Of a stretch of DNA of 33,285 bases, positions 1 to 10,015 are shown one piece after another; the stretch's first letter is position 1; each line of letters starts with the position of its first letter. The DNA is from Luteimonas sp. (GTDB lineage Bacteria > Pseudomonadota > Gammaproteobacteria > Xanthomonadales > Xanthomonadaceae): the NCBI GenBank assembly GCA_035765815.1, contig DASTWT010000206.1, positions 1 to 33,285 on the forward strand. Reading direction: 5' to 3'. The notes under the pieces are model-generated. The model saw only the letters and a list, made by a program, of their open reading frames with translations, did not search any database and was not told where the DNA came from. The translations under genes were made by a program, and so were the position numbers.

Positions 1-855
1 CTTCGCCAGCGGCGCCGCCAGCGCGCGCAGCTGCGCGTCGTCGATCCAGCCGTTGCTCCAGGCGATCTCTTCAGGACAGCACACGCGCAGGCCCTGGCGC
101 TTCTCGATGGTCTGCACGTAGGCCGAGGCCTCGACCAGCGACTCGTGCGTGCCGGTGTCCAGCCAGGCATAGCCGCGGCCCATGCGCTCGAGCTGCAGCT
201 CGCCACGCTCCAGGTACATGCGGTTGAGGTCGGTGATCTCCAGCTCGCCGCGCGGCGAGGGCCGCAGCTGCGCCGCGTAGTCGCTGGCGCGGCCGTCGTA
301 GACGTACAGGCCGGTGACCGCGTAGTTGGAGCGCGGGTTGGCCGGCTTCTCCTCCAGCCCGACGACCTTGCCGGTCGCGTCGAACTCGGCCACGCCGTAG
401 CGCTCCGGGTCGCGCACGCGATAGCCGAACACGGTCGCGCCGTGCGCCCGCGCGTCGGCCCGGTGCAGCATCGCGGTCAGGCCGTCCCCGTAGAAGATGT
501 TGTCGCCCAGCACCAGGCAGCTGGGTGCGCCGGCCAGGAACTCGCGGCCGATCAGGAACGCCTGCGCCAGTCCGTCGGGGCTGGGCTGCGCGGCGTACTC
601 GATCCTCATGCCCCACTGCGAACCGTCGCCCAGCAGCGCCTTGAACAGCGCCTGCTCGTGCGGCGTGTTGATCACCAGCACCTCGCGGATGCCGGCGAGC
701 ATCAGCACGCTCAGCGGGTAGTACACCATCGGCTTGTCGAACACGGGCAGCAGCTGCTTGCTGATCGCCTGGGTGATCGGGTACAGCCGCGTGCCCGAGC
801 CGCCGGCCAGCACGATGCCCTTGCGCGCGGGCGAGGCCGCCGTGGCCGCGCTCAT
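1..855 (-). CDS. rfbA: Glucose-1-phosphate thymidylyltransferase (3' end runs off the window)
   Basis: Manual translation from ATG at 855: [56 protein letters not shown]...[11 protein letters not shown]...LGDNIFYG, the RmlA signatures. ATGA overlap with the rfbB stop. Not in the ORF track because it has no stop in the window. Confidence 0.96.
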   Translation of the reverse strand, partial: MSAATAASPARKGIVLAGGSGTRLYPITQAISKQLLPVFDKPMVYYPLSVLMLAGIREVLVINTPHEQALFKALLGDGSQWGMRIEYAAQPSPDGLAQAFLIGREFLAGAPSCLVLGDNIFYGDGLTAMLHRADARAHGATVFGYRVRDPERYGVAEFDATGKVVGLEEKPANPRSNYAVTGLYVYDGRASDYAAQLRPSPRGELEITDLNRMYLERGELQLERMGRGYAWLDTGTHESLVEASAYVQTIEKRQGLRVCCPEEIAWSNGWIDDAQLRALAAPLAK

Positions 856-1907
856 GCCGCGGTCCCGATGCGCTCGAGGCGGTAGCTGCCGTCGAGCACG
901 CGCGCGACCCAGTCCTGGTGCCCCAGGTACCAGTCGACGGTGTCGGCGATGCCCTGCTCGAAGCTGTGCGCCGGCGCCCAGCCGAGCTCGCGCTTCAGTT
1001 TCGAGGCGTCGATCGCATAGCGGCGGTCGTGGCCCGGCCGATCCGCGACGTAGGTGATCTGGTCGGTGCGCGGCTTGCCGTCCGGGCGCGGGCGGCGCGC
1101 GTCCAGCAGCGCGCAGATGGTGCGCACGACCTCGATGTTCTGCTTCTCGGCGTCACCGCCGACGTTGTACGTCTCGCCGGGGCGGCCACGTTCCAGTACC
1201 ACGCGGATCGCGGCGCAGTGGTCGCCGACGTACAGCCAGTCGCGCACGTTGCGGCCGTCGCCATACACCGGCAGCGGCTCGCCGGCGAGCGCACGGGCGA
1301 CCACCAGCGGGACGAGCTTCTCCGGGAACTGGTACGGGCCGTAGTTGTTGCTGCAGTTGGTGGTCAGCACCGGCAGCCCGTAGGTGTGGTGGAACGCGCG
1401 CACCAGGTGGTCCGACGCCGCCTTCGACGCCGAATACGGCGAATTCGGCGCGTACGGGGTGTCCTCGGTGAACCTGCCGGTGTCGCCGAGCGAACCGTAG
1501 ACTTCGTCGGTGGAGACGTGCAGGAAGCGGAACGCGTCCTTCCCTGCGCCCTCCAGCGACTTCCAGTAGTCGCGCGCGGCCTCGAGCAGCGCCAGCGTGC
1601 CGACCACGTTGGTCTGCACGAACGCGGCCGGGCCGTCGATCGAGCGGTCGACGTGGCTCTCGGCGGCGAAATTGACGATCGCCTGCGGCCGGTGCTCCGC
1701 CAGCAGCCGCGCGACCAGCGCGCGGTCGCCGATGTCGCCATGCACGAACACATGGCGCGGGTCGCCGTCCAGCGAAGCGAGCGTGTCGCGGTTGCCCGCG
1801 TAGGTCAGCGCGTCGAGGTTGACCACGCGGATTCCCGAGGCCACCGCCTCGAGCACGAAATTGCCGCCGATGAAACCGGCGCCGCCGGTCACCAACCATG
1901 TCGTCAT
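852..1907 (-). CDS. rfbB: dTDP-glucose 4,6-dehydratase
   Basis: [11 protein letters not shown]-binding motif, [47 protein letters not shown]. Confidence 0.97.
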   Translation of the reverse strand: MTTWLVTGGAGFIGGNFVLEAVASGIRVVNLDALTYAGNRDTLASLDGDPRHVFVHGDIGDRALVARLLAEHRPQAIVNFAAESHVDRSIDGPAAFVQTNVVGTLALLEAARDYWKSLEGAGKDAFRFLHVSTDEVYGSLGDTGRFTEDTPYAPNSPYSASKAASDHLVRAFHHTYGLPVLTTNCSNNYGPYQFPEKLVPLVVARALAGEPLPVYGDGRNVRDWLYVGDHCAAIRVVLERGRPGETYNVGGDAEKQNIEVVRTICALLDARRPRPDGKPRTDQITYVADRPGHDRRYAIDASKLKRELGWAPAHSFEQGIADTVDWYLGHQDWVARVLDGSYRLERIGTAA

Positions 1908-1942
1908 GCGATCAAGCCGAAAAACGCGATGCTTTTCATTTG

Positions 1943-1968
1943 AAAGCCCGCACGTGGATGCGCGGGCT
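1943..1968 (-). terminator. Possible intrinsic terminator after ssb
   Basis: Minus strand AGCCCGCGC-ATCCAC-GTGCGGGCT-TT: 9-bp stem with one G-U pair and a short U tail, 20 nt after the ssb stop. Confidence 0.55.
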
Positions 1969-1988
1969 CTTGCGGATGGATCCGCATC

Positions 1989-2474
1989 TCAGAACGGAAT
2001 GTCGTCGTCGGCGAAGTCTTCACCGCCGAAATCGCTGCGCGCCGCGGCCGGGGCCTCGCGGCGCTGCGCCGGGGCGCTGCGCTGCGGGCGTTCGCCGCCT
2101 CCGCGCGACTCGCCGCGACCGCCACCGGCACCGCCGCCGCCCTCGCCGCCGCCGAGCATCTGCATCTCGTCGGCCACGATGTCGGTGGTGTAGTGCTTGA
2201 CGCCGTCCTTCTCGTAGGAGCCGTACTCGATGCGGCCCTCGATGTAGACCTGGCGGCCCTTGCGCAGGTACTCGCCGGCGATCTCGCCGAGCTTGCCGAA
2301 CAGCTTCACGCGGTGCCACTCGGTCTTTTCCTGGGTGTTGCCGTCCCGGTCCTTGCGCACCGAGGTCGTCGCCAGGCTGAGCGTGGTGATGGCCATGCCG
2401 CCCTGGGTGTACTTCACGTCCGGGTCGTTGCCCAGGTTGCCGACCAGGATCACCTTGTTCACACCGCGCGCCAT
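1989..2474 (-). CDS. ssb: Single-stranded DNA-binding protein
   Basis: [20 protein letters not shown]-fold start, Gly-rich linker, acidic C-terminal tip DDDIPF. Confidence 0.98.
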   Translation of the reverse strand: MARGVNKVILVGNLGNDPDVKYTQGGMAITTLSLATTSVRKDRDGNTQEKTEWHRVKLFGKLGEIAGEYLRKGRQVYIEGRIEYGSYEKDGVKHYTTDIVADEMQMLGGGEGGGGAGGGRGESRGGGERPQRSAPAQRREAPAAARSDFGGEDFADDDIPF

Positions 2475-2611
2475 GGGCTGTCCTTCTCAGGTTTCGCCCG
2501 CGAGCGGGCCGGGATGCATTCTGGCACAACCCGCCAGCCGGCACCCGCGGGAATCCCCCTGCGCGGGCGTCGGAATTCGCCGCCATTCGCCGGCATTCCC
2601 CGCCCTGTCCC

Positions 2612-2617
2612 TATAAT
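2612..2617 (+). promoter_or_regulatory. Sigma70 -10 box for ispB
   Basis: Perfect TATAAT 25 nt upstream of the ATG at 2643 in an otherwise GC-rich region; no clear -35. Confidence 0.5.
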
Positions 2618-2642
2618 CGCCGCTCCCCAAGACGGACCCCGC

Positions 2643-3677
2643 ATGGACACCGCCCCGCCCCGGCAGACGCCCGCCGACGACGTGCCCGGCCTGGCCGCGA
2701 TCCAGGCCCTCGCCGCCGCCGACATGGCCGCGGTGGACGCCCTGATCCGGCGCCGGCTGGCGTCCGACGTGGTCCTGGTCAACCAGGTCGCCGAGCACAT
2801 CGTCGGCGCGGGCGGCAAGCGCCTGCGGCCGATGCTGCTGCTGCTCGCCGCCGCGGCGCTCGGCAAGCGCGGCGCGACCCCGTCCGACGGCGTCGGCGCG
2901 GACGCGCACCAGCTCGCCGCGGTGGTCGAGTTCATCCACACCTCCACCCTGCTCCACGACGACGTGGTCGACGAATCCGACCTGCGCCGCGGCCGCAGCA
3001 CCGCCAACGCGATCTTCGGCAACGCCGCGAGCGTGCTGGTCGGCGACTTCCTGTACTCGCGCAGCTTCCAGATGATGGTCGAGCTCGACCGCATGGAAGT
3101 CATGCGCGTGCTCGCCGACACCACCAACCGCATCGCCGAGGGCGAGGTGCTGCAGCTGCTGCACGTGCGCAACCCGGACACGGACGAAGCCGCGTACCTG
3201 CGCGTGATCGAGCGCAAGACCGCGGTGCTGTTCGCGGCGGCGACCCGCCTCGGTGCGCTGCTCGCCGGCGCGGACGCGGCGACCTGCGACGCCCTGCACG
3301 CGTACGGCCTCGCGCTGGGCCACGCCTTCCAGATCGCCGACGACGTGCTGGACTATGCCGCGGACGAAGCCGCGCTCGGCAAGCACCTCGGCGACGACCT
3401 CGCCGAGGGCAAGGCGACGCTGCCGCTGATCCATGCGATGGCGCGTTCCGACGCGGCAACGCGCACGCTGCTGCGGCATGCGCTGGAGGAAGGCGACACC
3501 GGCGCGATGCCGGACGTGCAGGCGGCGATCGCCGCGGCCGGCAGCCTCGCCTACAGCCTGGAGCGGGCCCGCGACTACGCCCGCGCCGCCGAGCGCGCGC
3601 TCGACGGCCTGGCGCCGAACGCGGCGGTCGCGGCGCTGCGCGGGCTGGCGCGCTACGCGGTCGACCGCGACCGCTGA
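2643..3677 (+). CDS. ispB: Polyprenyl (octaprenyl) diphosphate synthase
   Basis: GGKRLRP, LLHDDVVDESDLRRG (first Asp-rich motif), FQIADDVLD (second), GDDLAEGKATLP. Start moved to ATG 2643 because the longer ORF overlaps ssb. Confidence 0.93.
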   Translation: MDTAPPRQTPADDVPGLAAIQALAAADMAAVDALIRRRLASDVVLVNQVAEHIVGAGGKRLRPMLLLLAAAALGKRGATPSDGVGADAHQLAAVVEFIHTSTLLHDDVVDESDLRRGRSTANAIFGNAASVLVGDFLYSRSFQMMVELDRMEVMRVLADTTNRIAEGEVLQLLHVRNPDTDEAAYLRVIERKTAVLFAAATRLGALLAGADAATCDALHAYGLALGHAFQIADDVLDYAADEAALGKHLGDDLAEGKATLPLIHAMARSDAATRTLLRHALEEGDTGAMPDVQAAIAAAGSLAYSLERARDYARAAERALDGLAPNAAVAALRGLARYAVDRDR

Positions 3678-3712
3678 CCCGCGCCCCGGCGCGGCCCCGC
3701 GCCTGGCCGCCG

Positions 3713-4510
3713 TCAGCGCGCGGCGAAGCGCTCGGCGAGGAAGCCGTGCATCATTCGCTCCGCGCGCGCGGCCGACAGCGGGTTGTACTTGCAGCCCGGC
3801 GGGCTGTTCGCGTCGGGCAGCGCGAAGCAGTGCACGGTGTGGCTGAAGTTGACGAACTGCCAGTCGGCGCCGGCGTCGTCCATCTCCTTCTCGAAACCGG
3901 CGATGTCGCCGGCGGTGCCCTTGTCGTCGGCGCCGTTGAGCACCAGCAGGCTCGCCTTCACCGCGCCCGGCTTCGCCGGCGCGCTGGTGTCGAGGCCGCC
4001 GTGGAAGGTGACCACCGCGGCGACGTCCGCGCCGCTGCGCGCGAGCTCGAGCACGCTCGAGCCGCCGAAGCAGTAGCCGATGGCCGCGATCCTCGCCGGG
4101 TCGAGCGGCGCGTGCAGCGCGTTGGCGCGCAGCACCGCGAGCGCCTTGTTCACGCGCGCGCGCCACTCGGCCGGATCCTTCGCGACCTCGCCGACCGCGG
4201 CGCTGGCGGCCTTGCCGTCCTTCGGCCGCACGCCCTTGCCGTACACGTCGGTGAGCAGCACCACGTAATCCTTGCCGGCGATGTGCTTCGCCTTCGCGAT
4301 CGCCGAATCGGTGACGCCGTACCAGTCGGGCACCATCACCAGGCCGGGGCGCTTGCCGCCGGCGTCGTCGTAGACCAGCACGCCGGCGAACGCGCGGTCG
4401 CCGACCTTCCATTCGACGGTCTTCGCCTGCATCGCCGCGAACGCGGGCAGCGCGAACGCGGCGAGGGCCGCGGCGGCGGCCAGGCGCTTCCAGGGCATCG
4501 ACAGGTTCAT
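3713..4510 (-). CDS. Dienelactone hydrolase family protein, secreted
   Basis: GYCFGG nucleophile motif, FHGGL, LNGADD, HCF catalytic His; N-terminal signal peptide ending AFA-A. Confidence 0.9.
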   Translation of the reverse strand: MNLSMPWKRLAAAAALAAFALPAFAAMQAKTVEWKVGDRAFAGVLVYDDAGGKRPGLVMVPDWYGVTDSAIAKAKHIAGKDYVVLLTDVYGKGVRPKDGKAASAAVGEVAKDPAEWRARVNKALAVLRANALHAPLDPARIAAIGYCFGGSSVLELARSGADVAAVVTFHGGLDTSAPAKPGAVKASLLVLNGADDKGTAGDIAGFEKEMDDAGADWQFVNFSHTVHCFALPDANSPPGCKYNPLSAARAERMMHGFLAERFAAR

Positions 4511-4568
4511 GGCATCGCTCCAGCCGTGGGGAAGCCGCGAGCGTAGCGCAGGACGCGCCGCTGCGGCG

Positions 4569-5960
4569 TCAGGCCACGCCGAGGCCCGGGATCGCCGAGA
4601 TCGCGTCGGGATCGAAGCCCGCCAGCCGGGCGAAATGGCGGCCGCGCTCGGTGTAGTCGCGGTACGCGCCGAAGCTCGGCGCGCCCGGCGACAGCAGCAC
4701 CACGCCGCCGGGCGGCAGCGCGGCGCGGGCCAGGCGCACCGCGTGCGCCAGGTCGTCCGCGGCCTCCAGCGCGAAGCCGCATCCGGCCGCGACGGGCGCG
4801 AGCAGGGCGTGGATGCGCGGGCCGTTCTGCCCCATCGTGACGATCGCCGCCGGCGCGCCGCCGCGCATCGCCTCGGCGAAACCGTGCCAGTCGATGCCGC
4901 GATCGTGGCCGCCGGCGAGCAGCGCGACCGGCCGGCCGCGGAACATCGCCAGCGCGGCCAGCGACGCGTGGGGCGTGGTGCTGATCGAATCGTTCACCCA
5001 CTCCAGCCCGTCGCGCACGCCCAGCGACTGCAGGCGGTGCGGCAGCGGCCGGAAGCCGGCGGCGTGCGTGGCCAGCGGGGCGGCGTCGAGGCCGAGCGCC
5101 TCGATCGCCGCGAGCGCGGCGCACAGGTTGATGCGGTTGTGGCGGCCGGGCAGCGGCAGCGCCGCGGTGTCCATCACGAACGCATCGCCGCGGTGCAGCG
5201 CGTCGCCGCGCAGGTGCCAGCCGTCCTCGCGGTCGAACCAGCGCACTTCGCTGTCCGGCAAATGCAGCGCCGACAGGACCGGATCGCGCGCGTTGAGCAC
5301 GGCGATGCGCGGCTTCGCTCCGGTGAACAGTTCCAGCTTGTCGGCGACGTAACGCTCGTGCGAGCCGTGCCAGTCGAGGTGTTCCGGAAAGATGTTCAGG
5401 CCGACGGCGACCTCGGGCCGCGCGCCCGACGCGGCGACGTCGCCGGTCTGGTAGCTCGACAGCTCGATCGCCCAGTACGCCGGGTCCGCGTCGAGCAGTT
5501 CCAGCAGCGGCATGCCGATGTTGCCGGCGAGCGCGGTGCGGTGGCCACCGGCGCGCAGGAGGTGCGCGAGCAGCGCGGTGGTCGTGCTCTTGCCCTTGGT
5601 GCCGGTGACGCAGGCCGCCGCATGGACGACGCCGTCGTCGCCGGCGCGCTCGCAGAACCAGAGCGTGGTGCCGCCGATGAAGCGCGTGCCGCGTTCCGAG
5701 GCTGCCATCGCCTCCGGCCTGTACGGGCTGATGCCCGGCGACTTCACCACCACGTCGTAGGCGGCGAGGCGTTCGGCGCTCGCGTCGGCCTCGATCGCCA
5801 GCGCCGGATCGAGCGCGCGCGCTTCCGCGGCCTCGACCTGGTTGCAGAACAGCGCGAGCGGGCCGATGCCGCGATCGCGCAGCGCGCGCCAGGCGGCGCG
5901 GCCCTCGCGGCCCCAGCCCCAAAGCGCGACGCGCCGGCCCTCAAGCGCCGAGATGCGCAC
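4569..5960 (-). CDS. murD2: UDP-N-acetylmuramoyl-L-alanine--L-glutamate ligase (MurD2-type)
   Basis: [42 protein letters not shown] MurD motifs; overlaps the end of murL by 20 bp. Confidence 0.88.
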   Translation of the reverse strand: MRISALEGRRVALWGWGREGRAAWRALRDRGIGPLALFCNQVEAAEARALDPALAIEADASAERLAAYDVVVKSPGISPYRPEAMAASERGTRFIGGTTLWFCERAGDDGVVHAAACVTGTKGKSTTTALLAHLLRAGGHRTALAGNIGMPLLELLDADPAYWAIELSSYQTGDVAASGARPEVAVGLNIFPEHLDWHGSHERYVADKLELFTGAKPRIAVLNARDPVLSALHLPDSEVRWFDREDGWHLRGDALHRGDAFVMDTAALPLPGRHNRINLCAALAAIEALGLDAAPLATHAAGFRPLPHRLQSLGVRDGLEWVNDSISTTPHASLAALAMFRGRPVALLAGGHDRGIDWHGFAEAMRGGAPAAIVTMGQNGPRIHALLAPVAAGCGFALEAADDLAHAVRLARAALPPGGVVLLSPGAPSFGAYRDYTERGRHFARLAGFDPDAISAIPGLGVA

Positions 5961-7323
5961 GCAAGGACTCCCACAGCGCGGACGGGACGCGATGTTCGCC
6001 TTCCGGCGCGAGCAGCGGCTCGATCGCGAGCTCGCCGGCGTCGAGTTGCGGCTCGATCTCGCGCGCGAAACGCCGCACGAGCGCGTCCTCGCGCCATTCC
6101 GGGCGCTGCGCCAGTGCCGCCATCGCCGCGCGCGATTCGCGCCCCTCGCCCACGCATTCGAACGGCTTGTGGTCCTGGTACTCGAGCAGCGCGTCGTAGC
6201 CGCCCGCCTGTTCCGGGTCGTCCAGCAGGTTGCGGCCGAGGATGCCGACCAGCCGCGGCTTGGACATGAACGGCGCCAGCGCCAGGAACACGAAGTGGCA
6301 CTTCGGGCACTGTCCGCACCAGCGGTTGACGGGGCGTTCGCCGAGGATGTGGAAATTGCGGTTGCAGCTGGAGAAGTGCGCGTCGTAATGGTCGGTGCGC
6401 GCGAACAGGCGCGCGACCGCGAGTTCCGACAGCGGCCGCAGCAGCGAGTAGTAGCGCAGGCCGCGCGCCACGCTGCGCTCGACGTATTCGCCGAACAGCC
6501 GCTCGAACTCCCAGCCCTTCGACCACTGGTGGTTCACTTCGCCGGTGCCGGGGATCGTCGACCCGTAGCTCGCCGAGCGCTCGTTCGAGAACACCACCTG
6601 GCCCGCTCCGTGCAGCGCCGCGGCGAGCACCAGGATCGCCGAGTTCACCGCCGTGACCGGGATGTGGCCGTTCCAGGCGCCCTGGCGGTTGAACTCGAAC
6701 AGCTGCGGCGCGAGCTGGCGGCCGATGTTGAGCGTCGTCAGGCCGGTGCGCGCGGCGCAGGCGGCGATCAGCTGCGAGCCGCCGATCCAGCACACGGTCT
6801 GGTCGACGCCGGCGGCGCGCAGCGCCTCGATCGTCACCAGCGAATCCTTGCCGCCGCCGATCGCGACGAAGGCGCGACGCGGATCGACCGATGCGTCGGC
6901 CGCGGGCGCGGGCGCAGCGCCGGATGACGGGAAGCGGATGCGCCCCTCGAGGTCGATGCCGTTGCGATAGGCGAATTCGCCCAGGCCGTTGCGGTACACC
7001 GCGCGCAGCAGCGCGGCGAGGTCGGCGTCGGGCGCCTCGCCCTCGACCACGATCTCCGGCGGCACCGCCGCCTTGTAGTAGCTCACGCCGGCGATGAGGT
7101 GCAGCAGCCGCAGCGCGCGCGCGACCGCGTCGGCGCGGCCGGCGTCCAGCGCGAACGGCGCGCCCGGGATCGTCACGGTCTCGACCAGCTCCGGGCCGTC
7201 GTCGAAGGCGTAGGCGAGCGTCGCCACGCCGGTCGCGGCGTCGAACCGGTTGCGCACGAAGCGGAACGCGCGGATCGCGTCGCGCTCGAATTTCCAGCCG
7301 GCGTCGTCTTTCATGTCGCTCAT
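5941..7323 (-). CDS. murL: UDP-MurNAc-L-Ala-L-Glu epimerase
   Basis: C-terminal 460 aa of the 5941..10017 ORF: GVSYYKA, GGGKDS PP-loop, [42 protein letters not shown] at 7323 overlaps the lysAC stop (ATGA); lies directly upstream of murD2. Confidence 0.9.
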   Translation of the reverse strand: MSDMKDDAGWKFERDAIRAFRFVRNRFDAATGVATLAYAFDDGPELVETVTIPGAPFALDAGRADAVARALRLLHLIAGVSYYKAAVPPEIVVEGEAPDADLAALLRAVYRNGLGEFAYRNGIDLEGRIRFPSSGAAPAPAADASVDPRRAFVAIGGGKDSLVTIEALRAAGVDQTVCWIGGSQLIAACAARTGLTTLNIGRQLAPQLFEFNRQGAWNGHIPVTAVNSAILVLAAALHGAGQVVFSNERSASYGSTIPGTGEVNHQWSKGWEFERLFGEYVERSVARGLRYYSLLRPLSELAVARLFARTDHYDAHFSSCNRNFHILGERPVNRWCGQCPKCHFVFLALAPFMSKPRLVGILGRNLLDDPEQAGGYDALLEYQDHKPFECVGEGRESRAAMAALAQRPEWREDALVRRFAREIEPQLDAGELAIEPLLAPEGEHRVPSALWESLRAHLGA

Positions 7324-9905
7324 TCGATCACGTCCTCCGCCGGCAGCGCCCGCAGGTTGTAGGTGTTGGCCATCGCCATGCCGTAGGCGCCGGCGTCGGC
7401 GAGCAGCAGCACGTCGCCGGGCGCCGTCGCCGCGGGCAGGCGGCGCGCGCTGCCGAGCACGTCGCCGGTTTCGCAGACCGGCCCGACGACGTCGAACGTC
7501 GCCTCGCCCGCATCGCCGGCGCGCGACAGGTTGGCGACGTGGTGGTATGCGTCGTACAGGGCCGGCCGCAGCAGCGCGTTCATGCCCGCGTCGCAGCCGA
7601 CGCGCAGCACCCCGTCCTTCGCCACGACCTGGGTCGCGGACACGAGCAGCACGCCCGCTTCCGCCACGAGGTAGCGCCCCGGCTCGACGGCGAGCGCGAA
7701 TTGCGGGTACGCCGCCCTGATGGTCGCGAGGTCCGCGGCCCATGCGTCGAGGTCGAACGGCGCCGCCTCGGGAAGGTACGGCACCGGCAAGCCGCCGCCG
7801 ATGTCGATGGTGGCGATGGTGCCGATGCGCTCGGCCAGGCCGGCGAGCTCGGCGTAGGCCTCGCGCCAGTGCGTCGCCGATTCGATGCCGCTGCCCAGGT
7901 GCGCGTGCAGCCCCGACACGTTCGCCCCGAGCGCGTTCGCCGCATCCAGGAACTCGCCGAGCTTCGCGACCGGCAAGCCGAACTTCGCCTCGCTGCCGCC
8001 GGTGCGGACCTTGCGGTGGTGGCCCTCGCCGCGGCCGAGGTCGAGCCGCAGCCACAACGCGCGGCCGCGGAACAGCTCCGGCCAGCGCTGCAGGATCTCG
8101 ACGCTGTCCACGGTGACGGTGGCGCCGCGCGCAAGGGCGGCCTCGTAATCGGCGCGCGGCGCGAAGCTGGGCGTGAACAGCACGTCGCGCGCGGCCACCC
8201 CGGGCACCGACTCGAACACGCGATCGAGCTCGCCGCGCGACACGCATTCGAAGCCGAAGCCCTCGGCGTGCAGCGCGCGCAGGATCGCCGGGTGCGGGTT
8301 GGCCTTCAGCGCGTAGAAGCGGCGATCGACCGCGTCCACCGCGCGCAGCGCCCGCGCCCGCTCGCGCACCACCGCGAGGTCGTAGGCGTAGCGCGGCGTG
8401 CCGCCCTCGGCGAGCCGCAGCAGCACGCCGCGCCGCGCCAGCCACCACGGCGCCGGACGCTCGCGGCGGCCGTGCGCGATCTCGTGCCAGGTCGGCCCGA
8501 AGACGCCCGCGTCGCCCGCCGGCATCGCGCCGCTGCGCACGAGTTCCGCGTGCAGCTCGGGCAGCAGGCCGTCGGCGTCGGCCTCGTCGATCACGAAGGT
8601 CAGGTTGAGGTCGTTCGAGGACTGCGAGACGAGGTGCACGCGCTCGCGCCCGAACGTCGCCCAGATGTCCGACAGGCGGTGCAGCAGCGAGCGCATGCCG
8701 CGACCGACCAGGGTGATCGCCGCGCATGGCACGATCACCTTCACCCGGCAGATCTCGGCGAGGTCGGCGCTCAGCGCCTCGAGCACGTTGCCGCTGACCA
8801 GGTTGTCGCTCGGGTCCAGCGACACCGTGACGTTGGTTTCCGACGAACCGATCAGGTCGACCGACAGGCCGTGGCGCTTGAAGCGCTCGAACACGTCGGC
8901 GAGGAAGCCGACCTGCTGCCACATGCCCACCGATTCCATCGACACCAGCACGATGCCGTTGCGGCGGCTGATCGCCTTGACGCCGGGCACCGTCGCCGCG
9001 GCGCCGTCGATGCGCGTGCCGGGCAGGTGCGGCCGCGCGGTGTCGAGGATCGCCATCGGCACGCGCGCGTCGCGGCACGGGCCGATCGAGCGCGGATGCA
9101 GCACCTTGGCGCCGGTGGTCGCGATTTCCTGCGCCTCGGCGTAGTCGAGCCGCGCGAGCAGCCTCGCTTCGGGCACTTCGCGCGGGTTCGCGCTGAACAT
9201 GCCGGGCACGTCGGTCCAGATCTCGACCTGCTGCGCGCGCAGCAGCGCGCCGAAGCACGACGCCGACGTATCCGAGCCGCCGCGACCGAGGATCGCCGTC
9301 GCGCCGTCGCCGTGCCGGGCGATGAAGCCCTGGGTCAGCAGCATGCGCGCCGGCTGCTGCGCGGCGAAGCGCGCGCGCCAGGCCTCGTCGGCGACGTGGC
9401 CGCAGGTGGCGGACAGGCGCATCGACCAGGCGTTCTGGTTCGGCAGCGCCACCGCGGAGAGCCAGTCGCGCGCGTCGCACCAGCCGAAGTCCAGGCCCCC
9501 GGCGCGCAGGTAGGCCGCACCGAGCGTGGACGACAGCAGCTCGCCCTGCGCCAGCACTTCGGCCTGCCATTCGAGCGCCCGCGCGGCGGCGCGCGGATCC
9601 GCGGCCAGCGCCCGCAGCGCGGCCAGCCGCGCGCCCAGCACGGCGTCGGCGTCGAGCCCGAGCTCGGCGGCGAAATCGCGGTGCCGCGCGGCGATCGCGG
9701 CGGCGCGCGCGGCGACGTCGTCGCCGCCGCACATCGCCTGCAGCGCGTTCGTCGTGCCCGACAGCGCCGACACCACCACCAGGATGCGCGCGCCGGTCGC
9801 GTCGGCGCGCTCGCGCGCGATCCGGCCGATCGTGTCCCAGCGTTCGCGGCGCGAGACCGAGGTGCCGCCGAACTTGAGCACGATCCAGCGGTCGGGTGCG
9901 TTCAT
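7320..9905 (-). CDS. lysAC: Bifunctional aspartate kinase / diaminopimelate decarboxylase (LysC-LysA fusion)
   Basis: N-terminal VLKFGGTSV, LGRGGSDTSA, WTDVPG and ACT-like region; C-terminal YALKANPH (PLP Lys), HAHLGSG, EPGRY, GPVCETGD. Start taken at MNAPDRW (9905). Confidence 0.93.
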   Translation of the reverse strand: MNAPDRWIVLKFGGTSVSRRERWDTIGRIARERADATGARILVVVSALSGTTNALQAMCGGDDVAARAAAIAARHRDFAAELGLDADAVLGARLAALRALAADPRAAARALEWQAEVLAQGELLSSTLGAAYLRAGGLDFGWCDARDWLSAVALPNQNAWSMRLSATCGHVADEAWRARFAAQQPARMLLTQGFIARHGDGATAILGRGGSDTSASCFGALLRAQQVEIWTDVPGMFSANPREVPEARLLARLDYAEAQEIATTGAKVLHPRSIGPCRDARVPMAILDTARPHLPGTRIDGAAATVPGVKAISRRNGIVLVSMESVGMWQQVGFLADVFERFKRHGLSVDLIGSSETNVTVSLDPSDNLVSGNVLEALSADLAEICRVKVIVPCAAITLVGRGMRSLLHRLSDIWATFGRERVHLVSQSSNDLNLTFVIDEADADGLLPELHAELVRSGAMPAGDAGVFGPTWHEIAHGRRERPAPWWLARRGVLLRLAEGGTPRYAYDLAVVRERARALRAVDAVDRRFYALKANPHPAILRALHAEGFGFECVSRGELDRVFESVPGVAARDVLFTPSFAPRADYEAALARGATVTVDSVEILQRWPELFRGRALWLRLDLGRGEGHHRKVRTGGSEAKFGLPVAKLGEFLDAANALGANVSGLHAHLGSGIESATHWREAYAELAGLAERIGTIATIDIGGGLPVPYLPEAAPFDLDAWAADLATIRAAYPQFALAVEPGRYLVAEAGVLLVSATQVVAKDGVLRVGCDAGMNALLRPALYDAYHHVANLSRAGDAGEATFDVVGPVCETGDVLGSARRLPAATAPGDVLLLADAGAYGMAMANTYNLRALPAEDVIE

Positions 9906-10015
9906 CGCGAATGTGGACGAAGGGAAGACGGGGAAGCCCGTAGAATCCGCCGCTTGCCTGCGACGACGGGCATCGCATTCTAGACGACCGGACGACACCG
10001 GAACGGACCCACGCC

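Noticed and set aside
2475-2642. LexA/SOS box upstream of ssb
   Set aside because: No CTGT-N8-ACAG or other convincing SOS palindrome seen
9906-10015. Possible lysine riboswitch upstream of lysAC
   Set aside because: Only 110 bp shared with a divergent gene; too short and no recognisable L-box elements
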